A DNA stretch of 64,000 nt from Bacilli bacterium (GTDB lineage: Bacteria > Bacillota_I > Bacilli_A > ML615J-28 > CAG-313). Location of the stretch: the NCBI GenBank assembly GCA_045536365.1, contig JAZSNL010000014.1, positions 19,473-83,472 of the forward strand. The letters run 5' to 3'. The position numbers and the translations under genes were made by a program. The notes under the pieces are model-generated. The model was not told where the DNA came from and searched no databases. It saw nothing but the letters and a program-made list of their open reading frames with translations. Shown here piece after piece: positions 60,538-64,000 of the stretch (positions within the stretch are counted from its first letter, which is position 1; each line of letters starts with the position of its first letter).

Positions 60538-60611
60538 ATCAAAATCTAAATTTTTTTTACATTTTTTTATTTCATATTATTTTATTATCTTTTTTACTCA
60601 ATGATTTTTTC

Positions 60612-60650
60612 CTATATTAAAAAAGGATAAAACACTTGTTTTATCCTTTT
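60612..60650. terminator. intrinsic terminator after pcp (minus strand)
   Basis: aaaaggataaaaca-cttg-ttttatcctttt hairpin with flanking T-run. Confidence 0.65.
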
Positions 60651-61213
60651 TATAACGAATTTATAATCTCTTTTAATCCTTTTATTAATAACTCTAATTC
60701 AATTCCTTCTTCACTTATTTGGCCTTTGTATAAAGGGAAATGAATAAACACTGAAGGGATATTTGGATGATAATGTAGAGTCTTAAAATACAAACTATTA
60801 CAAATATATTCTCCCGCATTACTACTTAATTCTACTGGTATTTCAAGTGAAATAAGTCTTGATAAAGCTTCGTTTGTAGGGAATTTTGAGTAGTAAAAAT
60901 CACTTGCATTTTCAATAATAACACTATTATTTACATCTACTTCATCATCATCTGATACCTTTTTAGTGATAATATTTTTTGCGGTTGTTTCAATAGAAAT
61001 AACTTTTCTACTTGCTGCTTGACCACATAAAATGATTACTTCAGGATTAATTTTTTCTATTTTTTTATTTAAAATTTGATATGAACTATTTAATTTTACT
61101 GGTAAAATAACCTTATATATTTCATGATCTGTAGTTAAATTTTTAACAACTTCTAATGAAGAATTGTTACTTATCTTACCAAATTGTTCAAATGCAGTTA
61201 TTAATATTTTCAT
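60650..61213 (-). CDS. pcp: pyroglutamyl-peptidase I (pyrrolidone-carboxylate peptidase)
   Basis: 187 aa. MKILITAFEQFG N-terminus and catalytic Cys region SNAGEYICNSLYF. Confidence 0.8.
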   Translation of the reverse strand: MKILITAFEQFGKISNNSSLEVVKNLTTDHEIYKVILPVKLNSSYQILNKKIEKINPEVIILCGQAASRKVISIETTAKNIITKKVSDDDEVDVNNSVIIENASDFYYSKFPTNEALSRLISLEIPVELSSNAGEYICNSLYFKTLHYHPNIPSVFIHFPLYKGQISEEGIELELLIKGLKEIINSL

Positions 61214-61214
61214 A

Positions 61215-62120
61215 TTATTTTTGTCCTAATATATCTTCTTTTAAATTAGGGTTAAACACACCGCTTCTTATCATCGCAATTTCATATTTATAAGGAGCGA
61301 AACTATCTTTTTTGTTTTCTCCATTAACATATGGAGTTTCTAAAATCTTTGGAATATTTTCAAAGCGAGGATCGTTGAAAATTTTTAAGATAGTATCAAA
61401 TCCGATGTTTCCAAATCCAATATTTTCATGACGATCTTTATGTGAATCTAACATATTTTTACTATCATTTACATGAATACATTGTAAATACTCAAATCCA
61501 ATTATTTGATTAAACTCTTCCATAACACCATCATAATTATTAACCAAATCATAACCACCATCATTAATATGGCAAGTATCTAAACAAACACCAATTCTTT
61601 CTTTATTATTAATATTATTAATAATAGTTTTGATTTCCTCAAATGTTTTACCACATTCAGTACCCTTACCTGCCATTGTTTCTAGTAAAATTACAGTTTT
61701 TGAATTTGGTGTTCTTCTTATTATTTCATTAATACCATCACTGATTTTTGCAATACCGATTTCAGGTCCCGCACCTACATGATTACCTGGGTGAAAAACG
61801 ATTTTTGTTATTCCAATTTCACCAGCAAGTCTTACTTCACTTGTTAAAAAATCTATTGCAAAGTTTCTTTTTTCATCATCACTAGAAGCTAAATTAACAA
61901 TATAAGGTGCATGAATAATAATATCTTCAATATTATTTCCATTATCAACCCACATTTTTAAAGCAGTTTCTGCATTCATATCTTTTAAAGGTTTTCTAAA
62001 TGTATTTTGAGGAGCACCAAGATAAACCATCATACAGTTTGCGTTATAACTCAATGCTTCTTCAACACTTCCAATTAACATTTTTATTCCACTATTACCA
62101 ACGTGACTACCTATTTTCAT
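61215..62120 (-). CDS. nfo: deoxyribonuclease IV (endonuclease IV)
   Basis: MKIGSHV... start, AP_endonuc_2 TIM barrel with H/E/D metal ligands (LETMAGKG, CLDTCH). The ATG at 62120 is preferred over the listed upstream start. Confidence 0.85.
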   Translation of the reverse strand: MKIGSHVGNSGIKMLIGSVEEALSYNANCMMVYLGAPQNTFRKPLKDMNAETALKMWVDNGNNIEDIIIHAPYIVNLASSDDEKRNFAIDFLTSEVRLAGEIGITKIVFHPGNHVGAGPEIGIAKISDGINEIIRRTPNSKTVILLETMAGKGTECGKTFEEIKTIINNINNKERIGVCLDTCHINDGGYDLVNNYDGVMEEFNQIIGFEYLQCIHVNDSKNMLDSHKDRHENIGFGNIGFDTILKIFNDPRFENIPKILETPYVNGENKKDSFAPYKYEIAMIRSGVFNPNLKEDILGQK

Positions 62121-63453
62121 TTCTTCTTTCCTTTTGAGCTTTCTTACGGTACATTTCACTTATACGAGCTCTTTTTTCTTGTTTAATTTTCTTTTTAATT
62201 TGTTCATTTCTTTTCTTTTTATATCCTGGTTTTACTTTCTTAGGAAGAGGAATTTCGCGATGAACTTTGTTTTCTATTTGTTGAGATACAGTTAGTTCTT
62301 TTTTAACAAAGAATTTAACTTCAACTATGTTTCCATTCGTTATTTTAACAAATTTAGGTTTTAAACCTTTTGATTGTAATAATTTAATATAACTATCATC
62401 TTCATAAGCATATAAACTATACGCAACTCCGGTATTTGTAAAACGAGCAGTACGTCCTGTTCTATGGATATAGAATTCAATATCTTTTGGCAAATCATAA
62501 TTAATTACATGACTTACGCCTTCAATGTCAATACCACGAGCTACAATATCACTTGCTACAACATATTTAAATTCCAAATTATTAATACGTTTTAACATTT
62601 GTTTTCTACTACGGTCTTCCATAGAACCATGCATTTTTCCTACTTTAAATCCTTGTTCAGCTAAATACATTGAAAGTCTTTCAACTTCTTCTTTTGTATT
62701 AACAAATATTATTGCAAGATAAGGGTTAATTATTTCAAGTAATTGTAACAAAACTTCATCTTTTTTCTTGGCTTTACATTGTAACATATAATGTTCAATG
62801 TTTCCAGTTGTTAAGTTTGTTTCTTCTATTGTGATTGCTTGAACATTTTCTAAATATTTATTTAAAAATTGTCTTAAACCTTTTGGAATAGTCGCACTAA
62901 AGATCAAAAATTGTGGTTCACCTTGAATTTTACCCATAATTTTATCTACTTCTAATAATTCCTTATGAGAAAAAACCATATCTGCTTCATCAATTACAAT
63001 CATTTCCGCATTATGTATTTTCAAAACATTTGAATTAATAGCTAAGTCAACTATTCTTCCTATTGTTCCAATAACAATATGTGGTTGATTTTTTTGTAAA
63101 CGATTAATCTCTTTTTCTCTATCACTTCCACCTATCGCTTTCATAATAAAGATTTCTTGTTCACTACAACTTGCAATCTCCATCGCAACTTCATATAATT
63201 GACTTGCTAATTCTCTTGTTGGAGAAATAATAACAGCTTGAACGCTTTGATTACTTTCATCTAGTTTTTGAAAAACAGGTAATAAAAAAGCATGAGTTTT
63301 TCCACTTCCTGTTGCTGATTCAACAACAAGACTTTCTTTTTTTAAAGCTCGATCGATTGTCAATTCTTGAATAGGAGTAGCTTCATAAAAGCCTATTTTT
63401 TCTAATGCTTGATTAATATAAGATTTAAATCGATATTCAGAGAACTTTTTCAT
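62107..63453 (-). CDS. DEAD-box ATP-dependent RNA helicase
   Basis: 448 aa. Q-motif ATPIQ, Walker A ATGSGKTHAF, DEAD box VIDEADMV, SAT, HRTGRTAR, and a basic C-terminal tail. Confidence 0.9.
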   Translation of the reverse strand: MKKFSEYRFKSYINQALEKIGFYEATPIQELTIDRALKKESLVVESATGSGKTHAFLLPVFQKLDESNQSVQAVIISPTRELASQLYEVAMEIASCSEQEIFIMKAIGGSDREKEINRLQKNQPHIVIGTIGRIVDLAINSNVLKIHNAEMIVIDEADMVFSHKELLEVDKIMGKIQGEPQFLIFSATIPKGLRQFLNKYLENVQAITIEETNLTTGNIEHYMLQCKAKKKDEVLLQLLEIINPYLAIIFVNTKEEVERLSMYLAEQGFKVGKMHGSMEDRSRKQMLKRINNLEFKYVVASDIVARGIDIEGVSHVINYDLPKDIEFYIHRTGRTARFTNTGVAYSLYAYEDDSYIKLLQSKGLKPKFVKITNGNIVEVKFFVKKELTVSQQIENKVHREIPLPKKVKPGYKKKRNEQIKKKIKQEKRARISEMYRKKAQKERRNENR

Positions 63454-64000
63454 TATTTGATCTCCTTTCCATATATTTTATTATTTTCTATTTTTGTTAT
63501 TTTTACTTTTATTATTTGATTTACTACATCACAATCTGATTTAAATAAAACATTTAAATAATTACTTGTATGTCCTTCATAAAAATCATCTTTTGTTCTT
63601 TCTACTAATACTTCTTGAACTGTATTAATAAATTTATGATTATATTCATTTTTCATTATCTCTGCTAATTCTAGTAATTTATGAGCTCTTAATGAAATTA
63701 TACTACCATTTAAATGTCCTTTCATTTCATCTGCAACTGTCCCTTTTCTTCTTGAATAAGGAAAAACATGCATATCTGCAAAGTTTATTTTTTTAATAAA
63801 TTCATAAGCTTCATTAAATTCTTCTTCTGTTTCTCCAACAAAACCAGCTAAGCAATCTGTTGTCACCGCAATATCAGGGAAAATATTTCTGATTTTATTT
63901 ATTAATAAATAATAATCATTAGTTAAATATTTTCTTTTCATTCTTTGTAAAACCCCATCACTACCAGCTTGTAATGGAATATGTAAATGCATCGCAATTC
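63453..64000 (-). CDS. radical-SAM methylthiotransferase (MiaB/RimO/MtaB family), C-terminal part (gene continues beyond 3' edge)
   Basis: HLHIPLQAGSDGVLQRMKRKY motif of the methylthiotransferase radical-SAM core, followed by a TRAM-like C-terminal domain. The open frame continues to the window end. Confidence 0.7.
   Translation of the reverse strand, partial: IAMHLHIPLQAGSDGVLQRMKRKYLTNDYYLLINKIRNIFPDIAVTTDCLAGFVGETEEEFNEAYEFIKKINFADMHVFPYSRRKGTVADEMKGHLNGSIISLRAHKLLELAEIMKNEYNHKFINTVQEVLVERTKDDFYEGHTSNYLNVLFKSDCDVVNQIIKVKITKIENNKIYGKEIK

Noticed and set aside
1-64000. Mollicutes-type genetic code (UGA = Trp), given the very low GC
   Set aside because: Long housekeeping ORFs (IleS 914 aa, HtpG, ArgS, the 2251-aa lipoprotein) are intact under the standard code with normal termini, so code 11 is appropriate.

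Overview
This is a chromosomal segment of about 64 kb from an AT-rich (roughly 27-30% GC), Firmicutes-like bacterium. It reads in the standard genetic code: long housekeeping ORFs such as IleS, ArgS and HtpG are intact without UGA-to-Trp recoding. Coding density is very high and most genes lie on the minus strand, in long co-directional arrays whose stop and start codons touch or overlap.

Recognisable core genes:
- Nucleotide metabolism: hpt (3' end only), nadE, pdp, folA, thyA, deoD, deoC.
- Stress and translation: htpG, ileS, argS, metK, the 23S rRNA methyltransferase rlmD, and an RluA-family pseudouridine synthase.
- The tail of the dcw cluster (yggS, sepF, ylmH), ispG, nfo, pcp, pepT, a DEAD-box helicase, and a partial MiaB/MtaB-type radical-SAM enzyme at the 3' edge.
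- One tRNA-Leu(CAA).

Accessory or unusual content:
1. A pair of COG0523 GTPases. One carries an in-frame tandem (HHEHHHEGECCG)n His/Cys repeat (36-nt DNA tandem repeat). The operon also holds a DUF1846 gene and an unusual fusion of an M48 metalloprotease to a xylose-isomerase-like TIM barrel.
2. A short remnant of an rlmD-like 3' end lying just beyond a hypothetical gene, about 0.9 kb downstream of the intact rlmD.
3. A MarR-regulated heterodimeric ABC exporter with a large extracytoplasmic insert.
4. A small islet next to tRNA-Leu encoding a hypothetical protein, a PI-PLC and small membrane proteins.
5. A gerB-gerA-gerC-type germinant receptor operon, which implies a spore-former, with an adjacent short SsbB-like SSB and an M16 peptidase pair.
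6. A secreted papain-fold-like cysteine protease candidate with a Cys/His-rich tail, followed by a lipoprotein.
7. A transposase-derived HTH-only protein with a lysine-rich tail under a consensus sigma-A promoter, upstream of ispG.
8. A lone gene with a C-terminal TIR domain and an unknown N-terminal domain, with its own consensus promoter and strong RBS. It is a candidate single-gene NADase or defence module.
9. A 2251-aa giant lipoprotein built from Listeria-Bacteroides repeats, parallel beta-helix and Big_2 modules, with internal 177-nt tandem repeats.

No CRISPR array, integrase or intact IS element was seen.

All family assignments come from motif-level reading of the translated ORFs. No database search was possible.
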